A DNA stretch of 64,000 bases from an uncultured delta proteobacterium (GTDB lineage: Bacteria > Desulfobacterota > Binatia > UBA9968), in contig CAVYTU010000002.1 in NCBI GenBank assembly GCA_963771465.1, forward strand, positions 32,001 through 96,000. Direction: 5' to 3'. Numbering within the stretch: the first letter of the stretch is position 1; each line of letters opens with the position of its first letter. Below, one piece after another: positions 34,215-43,181 of the stretch. Below the pieces are notes generated by a model that worked only from the letters and a program-made list of their open reading frames with translations, was not told the origin of the DNA and ran no database searches. The position numbers and the translations under genes were made by a program.

Positions 34215-34990
34215 TGCTCGAATTCGCGTTTCTTGAGCTCGCGCACGAATGCGACAAGTTTGGGGTCGGCGTTGACGGCTTCATTGATCTTGGCCTGAAA
34301 GTCGGCGGCGGCGCGCTCTAGCGGACTGGTGTCGACGCGCAAGCCGAGCCATTGATTGAGCCGGAGCAATAGCGCCAAGGTGCCGCGCGGATTGGGCGAG
34401 ACCGAGAGATAATGCGGGAGCGATGCCCATAGGCTCAAATGGGGCATGCCGGCTTGTCGGCAAGCATCGGTCAACACGCCGACGATACCGGTGGGACCTT
34501 GATAACGCGACGGCGACAGTTCGAGTTCGTCCATCAGTTTTGGATCGGTGGAAAAACCCGTGAGCGGCACCGGCCGAGTGTAGAGCACTTCATCCAAATA
34601 CGCGCCTAAGGTTACCACCATTTCAATGCCGCACTCGCGCGCGAAGCGCAGCATCGTTTCGGTAAACGTGCGCCAGCGTAAGTGCGGCTCGGCGCCGATG
34701 CCGAGGACGAAATCCTTTTCCATGCCCATGCCGGGCCCGACGTAAAAATCGTAGGACGGCCAATGAATCTCGCGAATCTTGCTATCGTTGATGCTCACCA
34801 CGGGGCGCTGTCGGAAAAAATCATAAAATTCTTCGGGATCGATGGTGGCGAACTTCTTGCTGGTCAGCTGATCGGCGAGATAGCGCACCGCGGTGGTGGC
34901 CGAAGCGCCAGCGTCGCTCCAGCCGGCGAACGCGAGCAACAAGATCGGGCTTCGCAACGAAGGGCGGTTATCGAAACTGAGCGCATCCAT
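34211..34990 (-). CDS. PAC2 family (proteasome assembly chaperone-like) protein
   Basis: AFAGWSDAGASAT, IDPEEFYDF...RP, EPHLRW, YQGPTGIVGVL and WASLPHY. Confidence 0.88.
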   Translation of the reverse strand: MDALSFDNRPSLRSPILLLAFAGWSDAGASATTAVRYLADQLTSKKFATIDPEEFYDFFRQRPVVSINDSKIREIHWPSYDFYVGPGMGMEKDFVLGIGAEPHLRWRTFTETMLRFARECGIEMVVTLGAYLDEVLYTRPVPLTGFSTDPKLMDELELSPSRYQGPTGIVGVLTDACRQAGMPHLSLWASLPHYLSVSPNPRGTLALLLRLNQWLGLRVDTSPLERAAADFQAKINEAVNADPKLVAFVRELKKREFEQ

Positions 34991-35103
34991 AGTTGAAATA
35001 ATGTATCACAAGTTCGACCTCAGCCTCTAGCAAAAAGATGGTCATGAAAAATCGCTCCGGCTAGGAGTTGGCGGCAGCGTTTGCTATATTAGCCCCATCG
35101 ATC

Positions 35104-35262
35104 ATGAGCGAACAAAAGCATCACCTGCTGCCGCTGTTTCAAGAAAGCGAAGTGCTGTTCGGTCACGACGGCACCACCGGCTTGATCGCTTGCGAGAGCG
35201 CCGGCAACGATAGGGAGGAAGAAATCCAGGAGACAGAACTGGCAATTCAGGAGGCCGATTGA
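35104..35262 (+). pseudogene. Short ORF; possible 5' remnant of a bacterial family-B DNA polymerase/exonuclease gene
   Basis: FQESEVLFGHDGTTGLIACE resembles the LFGxDxTxxIVAxE N-terminus I recall for such proteins; the ORF then runs into repeat-like sequence. Confidence 0.3.
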
Positions 35263-35317
35263 GCACTGGCTTCTGAATTCTGACTTTTTATTTTCTGGCT
35301 TGTTTTAGGTACGGAGC

Positions 35318-36052
35318 ATGACCAACAGAGTCGCTCTCATTACCGGCGGTGCCAAAGGTATCGGCCGGGCTGTCGCATTGGATTTGGCGGCGCGCGGCTG
35401 GGCGGTGGCGATCTGCTATCGAACCAGCGCGCAAGAAGCCGCCAACGTCATCGAAGCGGTACAGCAAACAGGCAGCCAAGGCATCGCCGTGGAATGCGAC
35501 GTCTCCAAGCCGGCAGCCGCTGTGAGTTTGATTGCGCGCGTGCAGGAAGAATACGGCCGCATCGACGCGCTCATCAATGGCGCCGGTCCCTATCATCGCG
35601 TTTCGCTGCTCAAAGAAACCAACGACGGTTGGCACTCGATGTTCGATAACAATTTGCACCCGGTATTTTATCTGACTCAAGCCGTCATCCCGGTAATGAA
35701 AATGCACCAGTGGGGCCGCATCGTCAGTTTCAGCATGGCCAACGCCGAGCAGTTGATCGCCCAGCCGCAGTTGGCCGCGCACTACATTACCAAGGTCGGC
35801 TTGTTGGCGTTGTCGCGCTCCTTCGCTAAATTGATCGCGCCCGATGGTATCACCATGAACTGCATCTCGCCGGGGTTTATCGATTCCGGCAGCGCGCCCA
35901 AAGACGAACTCGATAAGATGGTCAAGTTTATCCCGGCGGGTTACATCGGCACAGTCGACGACGCGGTCGGCGCCGTTCGCTACCTCTTGTCCGATGCAGC
36001 GCGCTATGTTAATGGCGCAAACATACAGCTCAGCGGCGCTTGGGGCGTCTGA
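35318..36052 (+). CDS. Short-chain dehydrogenase/reductase
   Basis: ITGGAKGIG, GRIDALINGAG and HYITK. Confidence 0.9.
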   Translation: MTNRVALITGGAKGIGRAVALDLAARGWAVAICYRTSAQEAANVIEAVQQTGSQGIAVECDVSKPAAAVSLIARVQEEYGRIDALINGAGPYHRVSLLKETNDGWHSMFDNNLHPVFYLTQAVIPVMKMHQWGRIVSFSMANAEQLIAQPQLAAHYITKVGLLALSRSFAKLIAPDGITMNCISPGFIDSGSAPKDELDKMVKFIPAGYIGTVDDAVGAVRYLLSDAARYVNGANIQLSGAWGV

Positions 36053-36118
36053 GAAACAAGCTTGAACGCGGCGAAATAAAGTAAGAAAATACGATTCGGA
36101 TGATTGACTAGGACGACC

Positions 36119-36604
36119 ATGACCACGCCCAGAGACCAAGAACGCGCCGTCGAGCTGATCGGCCAAGCGATGCAGCACCAGATGGCGCAGGAGTTTGACC
36201 AGGCGATCCGGCTGTACAAGGAATCCATCGCGCTCTATCCTACGGCCGATGCGCATACGTATCTCGGTTGGGCCTACAGTTTCAAAGGCCAGCTGAATGA
36301 AGCGATTGCGCAGTGCGAAATCGCCATCGAGATCGATCCCGAATTCGGCAATCCGTACAACGACATTGGCGTGTACTTGATGCAACAGCAAAAACTCGAC
36401 GACGCGATCCCGTGGCTCGAACGCGCCAAGAATGCGAAACGTTATGAGCCGCGCCACTTTCCCTATATTAATTTGGGCCGGGTTTATCTTTCCAAAGGAA
36501 TGATTCAACAAGCGATCAGAGAATTTTCCGGCGCGCTGGAGATTCATCCCGCCGACACCGAGCTCGCCGAGTTGGTGCAGGAGCTGCAATCCAAGCTGCA
36601 ATAA
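36119..36604 (+). CDS. Tetratricopeptide repeat protein
   Basis: AHTYLGWAYS, GNPYNDIGVYL and PYINLGRVY TPR motifs. Confidence 0.88.
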   Translation: MTTPRDQERAVELIGQAMQHQMAQEFDQAIRLYKESIALYPTADAHTYLGWAYSFKGQLNEAIAQCEIAIEIDPEFGNPYNDIGVYLMQQQKLDDAIPWLERAKNAKRYEPRHFPYINLGRVYLSKGMIQQAIREFSGALEIHPADTELAELVQELQSKLQ

Positions 36605-36793
36605 TCCCGTATTCCGCAGTTGCAGTAATCGCGCGCGCCAAGCGAGGCGCGATCCTGGAGTCGTGAAGACACCCAACGCTGCGTTGGCAAAGTCAATTTA
36701 CCTGGTTGGGAAGCTGTGCCGATGGCTATCGGGATTGCTCACTGGGAAGCGATGTCGGTCGCCTGCCCAGAGGCAGAGACCCATTGTGTTCAC
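36604..36793 (+). repeat. Dispersed ~190-nt structured intergenic element, copy B
   Basis: Homologous to 22075-22263; begins at the TPR gene stop codon. Confidence 0.85.
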
Positions 36794-36836
36794 TGCGGCG
36801 AGACTGCGCCTCAGTCTCGCTTTGCTTGCCTGGTTC

Positions 36837-38159
36837 TTAACTCGCCGCGCCAATCGCCGCGTCAAAGATGGTTACCGCAGTCGCCACTTCTTCTTCGGTG
36901 ACGATCAGCGGTGGACAAAAACGCAACGTGCTCTGGCCGCAGCTAAGCAGCAGCAAACCGCTCTCGAAGCAGCGCTGCATCACGTCATCGCGAAACTTTC
37001 CATCCGGCGCATGACTGCCATCGCTGCGCTCGAAGTCGACGCCGATCATCAGCCCCAAACCGCGCACGTCGCCGATCACGGCGTGGCGTTGCTTGAGCTG
37101 CGTTAAGCGATCTTTGAGAACCGCTCCGACCTTTGCTGAATTGGCGACCAGCCCGCCTTCCAGAAGCTCGATGGTCGCCAGCGCCGCCGCGCAAGCGACC
37201 GGATTACCGCCGTAGGTACTGCCGTGGGTGCCGTCTTTCCACGTGCTGACTTCCTCCCGCGCGATCATCGCGCCCAGCGGCATACCGCTGGCGATACCCT
37301 TGGCCGTGCAGATAATATCGGGTTCTATGTCCCAATGTTCACAGGCAAACATTTTGCCGGTGCGGCCAAAGCCGGTCTGGATTTCGTCGGCGACGAGCAG
37401 GATGCCATGCTTGCGGCAAAGTTCCTGGAGCATGGGCAAATACTCCGGCGGCGGCACGATATAGCCGCCCTCGCCTTGCACCGGCTCGACGAAGATGGCG
37501 GCAATTTCTTCGGGCCTGACATCGTGGCGAAAAACTAATTTCTCCAAAACGTTGACACACTCGATACCGCAGGAGCCGTATGTCAATTGATAGGGACAGC
37601 GGTAGCAAAAGCCATAGGGCACATGATGCACGCCGGGAATCAGCGGACCGAAGTGTGCTCGATGAGACGAACGGCTCGCCGTGAGCGACAGCGAGCCCAT
37701 GGAGCGGCCGTGAAACGCGCCATAAAACGCGATCACATGCTGCCGTTTGGTGTGATAGCGCGCCAGCTTGAACGCCGCCTCGACCGTCTCCGTGCCGGAG
37801 TTGGTGAAAAACACTTTCTTGCCCCCCTTGCCGGGTGCCAGTCGCGCCAGCTTCTCGGCCAACTCGACCATCGGCTCGTAGTAAAAATCGCTACCGCAAA
37901 TATGCAAAAACTTGCGCGCCTGGGCTTCGATCGCTTTAACCACGCGCGGATGGGCGTGGCCGGTGTTGGCTACGGCAATCCCGGCCATGAAGTCGAGAAA
38001 CAGATTGCCGTCGACATCTTCGATGACGCAGCCGCGTCCTTCCTTGACGACCAACGGATAAACCCGTCCATAAGCGGGCGCGGTAAACTTCTCATCGCGC
38101 TCGACGATGGCTTTCGCTTTGGGACCAGGGAGAGCTGTTTTGATGTGGGGTATTTTCAT
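36837..38159 (-). CDS. Class III PLP aminotransferase (acetylornithine/4-aminobutyrate type)
   Basis: DVDGNLFLDF, FTNSGTETVE, FHGRS, EPVQGEGG, DEIQTGFGRTG and AKGIASG. Confidence 0.93.
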   Translation of the reverse strand: MKIPHIKTALPGPKAKAIVERDEKFTAPAYGRVYPLVVKEGRGCVIEDVDGNLFLDFMAGIAVANTGHAHPRVVKAIEAQARKFLHICGSDFYYEPMVELAEKLARLAPGKGGKKVFFTNSGTETVEAAFKLARYHTKRQHVIAFYGAFHGRSMGSLSLTASRSSHRAHFGPLIPGVHHVPYGFCYRCPYQLTYGSCGIECVNVLEKLVFRHDVRPEEIAAIFVEPVQGEGGYIVPPPEYLPMLQELCRKHGILLVADEIQTGFGRTGKMFACEHWDIEPDIICTAKGIASGMPLGAMIAREEVSTWKDGTHGSTYGGNPVACAAALATIELLEGGLVANSAKVGAVLKDRLTQLKQRHAVIGDVRGLGLMIGVDFERSDGSHAPDGKFRDDVMQRCFESGLLLLSCGQSTLRFCPPLIVTEEEVATAVTIFDAAIGAAS

Positions 38160-38245
38160 AGGCGAACAACTTGGGTTAATGGGTTCCTGAAGTCAACGGC
38201 AATTGCAACCATCCGATACCTCCATCGCTCTATATCTCCATTCTT

Positions 38246-39737
38246 TTATTCCGCGTTATCAATCTGCGCCTTCTGCAGCTTGCCCGAATAGTCGACGTAA
38301 ATTGATTTCCACTCGGTAAAGATATCGTACACGGTCGTGCCCGCTTCGCGGTGGCCGTTGCCGGTGTCTTTGACGCCGCCGAAAGGTAGATGCACCTCGG
38401 CGCCGATGGTCGGGCCGTTGATATAAGTAATGCCGGCTTCGATATCCCGCATGGCGCGAAACGCCCGCGTCACATCGTTGGTGTAAATCGAACTAGACAA
38501 CCCATACGCCGTGCCGTTGAGTACGTTGATCGCTTCCTCGAAGCTGGAGATTTCAATAATCGACAGCACCGGCCCGAAAATCTCTTCCTGCGCGATACGC
38601 ATATGGGGCTTCACCTGATCGAAAATCGTCGGTTGGAAAAAGTAGCCATTGGCGCAATCGCCTGAATCGTAAATTGCCCCGCCGGTGCGTAGCCGCGCGC
38701 CTTCTTGGGCGCCGATCTCGATGTAGCGCATCACTTTCTCCCGCGCAGTCTGATTGATCAGCGGCCCCATCTCAACGCTTTCGTCGAGACCGTCGCCAAT
38801 TTTTATTTTCTGCGCCCGCTCGACCAGCGCGTCGGTTACCTTTTTTGCGACATCGCGATGGACGATCAAACGGCTGGTCGCCGTGCAGCGTTGCCCCGTC
38901 GTGCCGAAGGCGCCCCACAGCGCGCCTTCGATGGCGAGATCGAGATCGGCGTCTTCCATGACGATCTGCGCGTTTTTACCGCCGAGCTCCAGCGAGACGC
39001 GTTTGAGATTTTGGCCGCAAGCCGAAGCGATCTCACGCCCAACCGCGGCGGAGCCGGTGAAGGAAACCAACTGCACATGCTTATGGCGCACCAGCGCGGC
39101 ACCGACTTCTTCGCCGCGGCCATGAATCAAATTGACCACGCCTGGCGGCACGCCGGCTTCGGTGAGAATTTCGACGAATCGGGTCGCGGTGTGCGGCGTA
39201 TCTTCCGCCGGTTTGAGTATCACCGTGTTGCCGCAGATCAGCGCGGGAAACGAATTTCCAGGTCGGAATCGCCAGCGGAAAGTTCCACGGCGTGATCAGC
39301 GCGCACACGCCGATCGGCGTGCGCACCGACATGGCGAATTTGTTGGGCATCTCCGCCGGTGTGGTCTCACCAAACAGCCGGCGTCCTTCGCCGGCGTTGA
39401 GAAACGCGCAGTCGATCCCTTCTTGGACATCGCCGCGGGTTTCCTTCAACACCTTGCCCATCTCGCGGGTCTCGATGCGCGCCAGTTCTTCTTTGTTTTT
39501 TTTCAACAGCTCGCCGACGCGGTAGAGAATCTCGCCCCGTTTGGGTGCCGGCACCAAACGCCAGGAAGCAAAGGCTTTCGTCGCAGCCTGTACTGCCGCG
39601 TCGACATCGGCAACGCTCGAAGCGGGGAACGAACCGATCAGATCGTCGCGCTTGGCTGGATTGCGGTTCTCAAAAGTCTTTTCCGACTTGGCTGCTAGCC
39701 ATTGACCGTCGATGTAATTGAAAAATTTTTGCGCCAT
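38246..39737 (-). CDS. Aldehyde dehydrogenase; frameshift near 39250
   Basis: [26 protein letters not shown] and EEIFGPV. Confidence 0.93.
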
Positions 39738-39874
39738 AATCATTCTCCCGGCCGATTTCCCATCCGACCAGTTAACCTGCTCCGCCACGGCAATTGTAGG
39801 TGTCTCACGCGCCGAACACAACGTTAATGTGCCGATAAGCAAACAACCAAGCGACCCCGGATGGCGCTCCGCTT

Positions 39875-39905
39875 AATTGATTTTACGCCGTCAATTGGAT
39901 AGTTT
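39875..39905 (+). promoter_or_regulatory. Candidate sigma-70 promoter with overlapping inverted-repeat operator upstream of tctC
   Basis: TTGATT-N17-TAGTTT, overlapped by AATTGA-N10-TCAATT. Confidence 0.4.
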
Positions 39906-39959
39906 CTGGCCACCCAAGCGGCCGGCACTGCGAGCCAAACAAAGAAGGAGCTATCTATA

Positions 39960-40985
39960 ATGAAGACTGGAATATTCTCAACCCTCATCCTGTTCGCGAC
40001 GATGATGTCGGCTAGCAACGCCAGCGCTGCGGAAGAGTTTTTTAAAGGCAAATCGATTCGCATCGTCGTCGGCTTCTCCGCCGGCGGCGGCTTCGACACC
40101 TACGCGCGCGCCATCTCGCGCCACATAACTAAGCATATCCCCGGCAACCCAAATGTCGTCGTCGAGAACATGACCGGCGCCGGCAGCCTGATCGCCGCCA
40201 ATCATGTTTACAAAGTCGCCAAGCCGGACGGCTTGACCATCGGCCATTTCATCGGCGGTTTGTTTCTTGGCCAAGTTCTCGGCCAGGCCGGCGTTGAATT
40301 CGACGCGCGCAAGTTCGAATTCATCGGCGCGCCGATCAGCGATCACGTCGTCTGCGCCTTGACCAAAGCGAGCGGCATCACTAGCGTGGACAAGTGGATG
40401 GCATCGAAGACTCCGGTAAAACTCGGCGGTCTCGCTCCCGGTACTTCGACGCCGGACAACGCCACGCGCATATTGAAAGCCTCCTTAGGACTGCCGATTC
40501 AATTGGTCACCGGTTACAAAGGCACGGCCGATGTACGTCTGGCGGCGGATAGCGGTGAACTCGCCGGCGGCTGTTGGGGTTGGGATTCGATCAGCGTCAC
40601 GTGGCGCAAAGCCCTCGACACCGGCGACGCAGTCGTCGTGCTCCAGGCCAATCGCAGAAATCATCCCGACCTGCCCAACGTCCCGCAGGCGATCAAGCTC
40701 GCCAAAACCGAAGATGCCCGTAAGATGATCGAAATTGGCATCCACGGCGACAGTGATATCGTGCGGCCCTACGCCTTGCCGCCCGGCACGCCCAAAGACC
40801 GCGTGCAGATTCTGCGCAAAGCATTTGAGGCAACTCTCAAAGACGCGGAGTTCGTCGCCGATGCGAAAAAAGCTCGGCTCAATATCGATCCGATTCCGCC
40901 GGAGGAAATTGAGAAGGACATCGCCGGCTTGTTCAAACTCGATCCCGCGCTAATCACTAAGCTCAAAGATGTACTTTACAATTAA
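39960..40985 (+). CDS. Tripartite tricarboxylate transporter substrate-binding protein (TctC/Bug)
   Basis: GFSAGGGFDTYAR, VENMTGAGS, KPDGLTIG and GYKGT. Confidence 0.9.
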   Translation: MKTGIFSTLILFATMMSASNASAAEEFFKGKSIRIVVGFSAGGGFDTYARAISRHITKHIPGNPNVVVENMTGAGSLIAANHVYKVAKPDGLTIGHFIGGLFLGQVLGQAGVEFDARKFEFIGAPISDHVVCALTKASGITSVDKWMASKTPVKLGGLAPGTSTPDNATRILKASLGLPIQLVTGYKGTADVRLAADSGELAGGCWGWDSISVTWRKALDTGDAVVVLQANRRNHPDLPNVPQAIKLAKTEDARKMIEIGIHGDSDIVRPYALPPGTPKDRVQILRKAFEATLKDAEFVADAKKARLNIDPIPPEEIEKDIAGLFKLDPALITKLKDVLYN

Positions 40986-41047
40986 CCATGACACTGATAT
41001 TGAGCGGCGACTCATTTTGCTAAGCACACTACGGGGCCTAAGTTGAT

Positions 41048-43075
41048 ATGGATTTGGTCAGCGCGCTCTTTTCCGGACTCCTTCAAGTTTTCAACTGGTC
41101 GACATTTAGCTTGATGATTGTTGGAATTGCTGTCGGCTTCGTCGTCGGCATCCTTCCCGGCCTCGGTGGACCGACGGCGATGGCGCTCATGTTGCCGTTT
41201 GTTTTTAAGATGAACGCCGTCGAAGCCTTCGCCTTCCTATTGGGTATGACGGCGGTCACGGCGACTACCGGCGATATTACATCCGTACTATTTGGCGTTC
41301 CCGGTGAGCCGACCACTGCGTCGACCATCGTCGATGGCCATGCCATGGCACGCAATGGGGAGGCGGGCAGAGCGCTAGGCGCCGTTCTGATGAGTTCCTT
41401 GGTGGGAGCCATATTCGGCGCCGTTGCTATCGCCGTCGCCATCCCGATTGTACGTCCACTCGTGCTCTCCTTCGGTTCACCCGAATTCTTCATGCTCTCA
41501 CTGTTGGGGATTTCCTTCGTGGCGGCCCTTAGCGGTGAGGATGTGCTTAAAGGCATCGTCTCGGGGGGGATCGGATTGATGTTCGCGACTATCGGTCTCG
41601 ATCCGATCTCGGGTATTCAGCGTTACACCTTCGGTCAACTATTTCTTTGGGACGGGATCGGACTCGTTCCTATTACGATCGGCTTTTACGCCATTCCCGA
41701 AACCATCGAGCTGGCCGTGCTAGGAACCAGTATTTCTACTCAGAAGGTCGGAAAACTCGGCGGCGTCATGGAAGGCGTCAAGGACACGTTCCGTCACTGG
41801 TGGCTGGTCATCCGCTGCAGTGCGCTTGGCACATTCATGGCGATCATTCCCGGAATGGGAGCGGCTACCACCCAGTGGCTGTCCTACGCTCACGCGGTGC
41901 AAAGCTCACCGAATAAAGAACGTTTCGGAAAAGGAGATGTTCGCGGGGTGTTGGGTCCCGGCGCGGCAAACAACTCGACGCTCGGCGGGAGCTTGATTAC
42001 GACCATCGCTTTCGGCGTACCGGCTAGCGTCATCATGGCAATTCTCCTGGGTGCGTTTATCATCCAAGGTATCGTTCCCGGCCCTGACATGCTGATCCCT
42101 CCACCAAAGGGCAAACTCGATCTAACTTTTTCCTTCGTCTGGGTCATCATCATTTCTAATATAATTACCGTAGCGGTCTGCTTTCTGTTTTTGGAACCCC
42201 TAGCGAAAGTCACTCAGGTTCGTGGCGGCATCATCATCCCGATCATTCTGGTCTTAATCTATCTCGGCGCCTTCGCGGAGAAAAATGCTTTCGAAGACAT
42301 GATCATCGTACTCTTCTTTGGCGGCCTCGGTTGGATCATGGAGAAATTGGCATGGCCACGGCCGCCCGTGTTGTTGGGACTTGTGCTTGGCCCGCTGGCT
42401 GAGAACCGGCTTTTCTTATCCACCGACAATTATGGCTTGGCCTGGCTGCATAGGCCGGGGGTAATGGTAATCTTCGCGTTAACGCTTTTTGGTGTCTTCT
42501 ATCCAATGATAAAGAGCCGGCGGGAAGCGCGCGCAAAGGCCGCTCAACAACCTGTCACCCAGGCTCGCTCCGCCGAGGCTACAGCGCGACAATTACACTT
42601 TGGCGCGGCGACTGCGTATACGTTCACCGTTATAGTGCTGCTCTCGCTCGCACTCTGGCAGAGCCGCAACTTCGGTTTTCGCGCCGGCCTGTTTCCATGG
42701 GCCATCGGCATTCCAACCCTCATTTTGGCGATCGCTCAGCTCGGCCGGGACCTCTACGGCAAGAAGAAGACCGCTGCGGCGTCATTGATTGAAAACGTCG
42801 AAGAGAAAATCGATCCCGCCGTGATGCAGCAACGCACCATTGAGGTGATCCTTTGGACCATCGGCTTTTTCTTGGCCATTTGGCTCCTCGGGTTTACCTA
42901 TGCCGTGCCGCTAACGATCCTGCTTTATCTAAAATTCGCCGGCAAAGAGAGTTGGCTAATGACGGCGCTGGTAACTTTTTTCGCCTGGCTGTTTTACTGG
43001 GGCCTGTTCGAGAAGCTGCTCAACGTGCCGTTCCCGGAAGGGCTACTGATCGGTCTGATCAAAGGCGGACAGTAG
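41048..43075 (+). CDS. Tripartite tricarboxylate transporter TctA fused to a C-terminal TctB domain
   Basis: GILPGLG, GVPGEP, DGHAMARNG and LGLVLGPLAE, then about 160 aa TctB-like (FPWAIG...LGF...LFEKLLNVPFPEG). Confidence 0.85.
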   Translation: MDLVSALFSGLLQVFNWSTFSLMIVGIAVGFVVGILPGLGGPTAMALMLPFVFKMNAVEAFAFLLGMTAVTATTGDITSVLFGVPGEPTTASTIVDGHAMARNGEAGRALGAVLMSSLVGAIFGAVAIAVAIPIVRPLVLSFGSPEFFMLSLLGISFVAALSGEDVLKGIVSGGIGLMFATIGLDPISGIQRYTFGQLFLWDGIGLVPITIGFYAIPETIELAVLGTSISTQKVGKLGGVMEGVKDTFRHWWLVIRCSALGTFMAIIPGMGAATTQWLSYAHAVQSSPNKERFGKGDVRGVLGPGAANNSTLGGSLITTIAFGVPASVIMAILLGAFIIQGIVPGPDMLIPPPKGKLDLTFSFVWVIIISNIITVAVCFLFLEPLAKVTQVRGGIIIPIILVLIYLGAFAEKNAFEDMIIVLFFGGLGWIMEKLAWPRPPVLLGLVLGPLAENRLFLSTDNYGLAWLHRPGVMVIFALTLFGVFYPMIKSRREARAKAAQQPVTQARSAEATARQLHFGAATAYTFTVIVLLSLALWQSRNFGFRAGLFPWAIGIPTLILAIAQLGRDLYGKKKTAAASLIENVEEKIDPAVMQQRTIEVILWTIGFFLAIWLLGFTYAVPLTILLYLKFAGKESWLMTALVTFFAWLFYWGLFEKLLNVPFPEGLLIGLIKGGQ

Positions 43076-43094
43076 GGGAGCGCCTAGCAGAAGC

Positions 43095-43180
43095 TAGATG
43101 TCGGAAGTCAGAGGTCAAAAGTCAGTATCCTATTTGGATGCAGTGCTGATCTCTGACATCTGATCTCGGATCTCTGGTTC
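43095..43180. repeat. Imperfect inverted heptamer repeats (TCAGAGG / TCTGA-type) between convergent genes
   Basis: AGATGTCGGAAGTCAGAGGTCAAAAGTCAG ... CTGATCTCTGACATCTGATCTCGGATCTCTG. Confidence 0.5.
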
Positions 43181-43181
43181 G

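Noticed and set aside
35288-36676. 462-aa minus-strand ORF
   Set aside because: Antisense shadow of the SDR and TPR genes. Its start shares a peptide with ORF 21977..22192 only because both overlap the 190-nt repeat.
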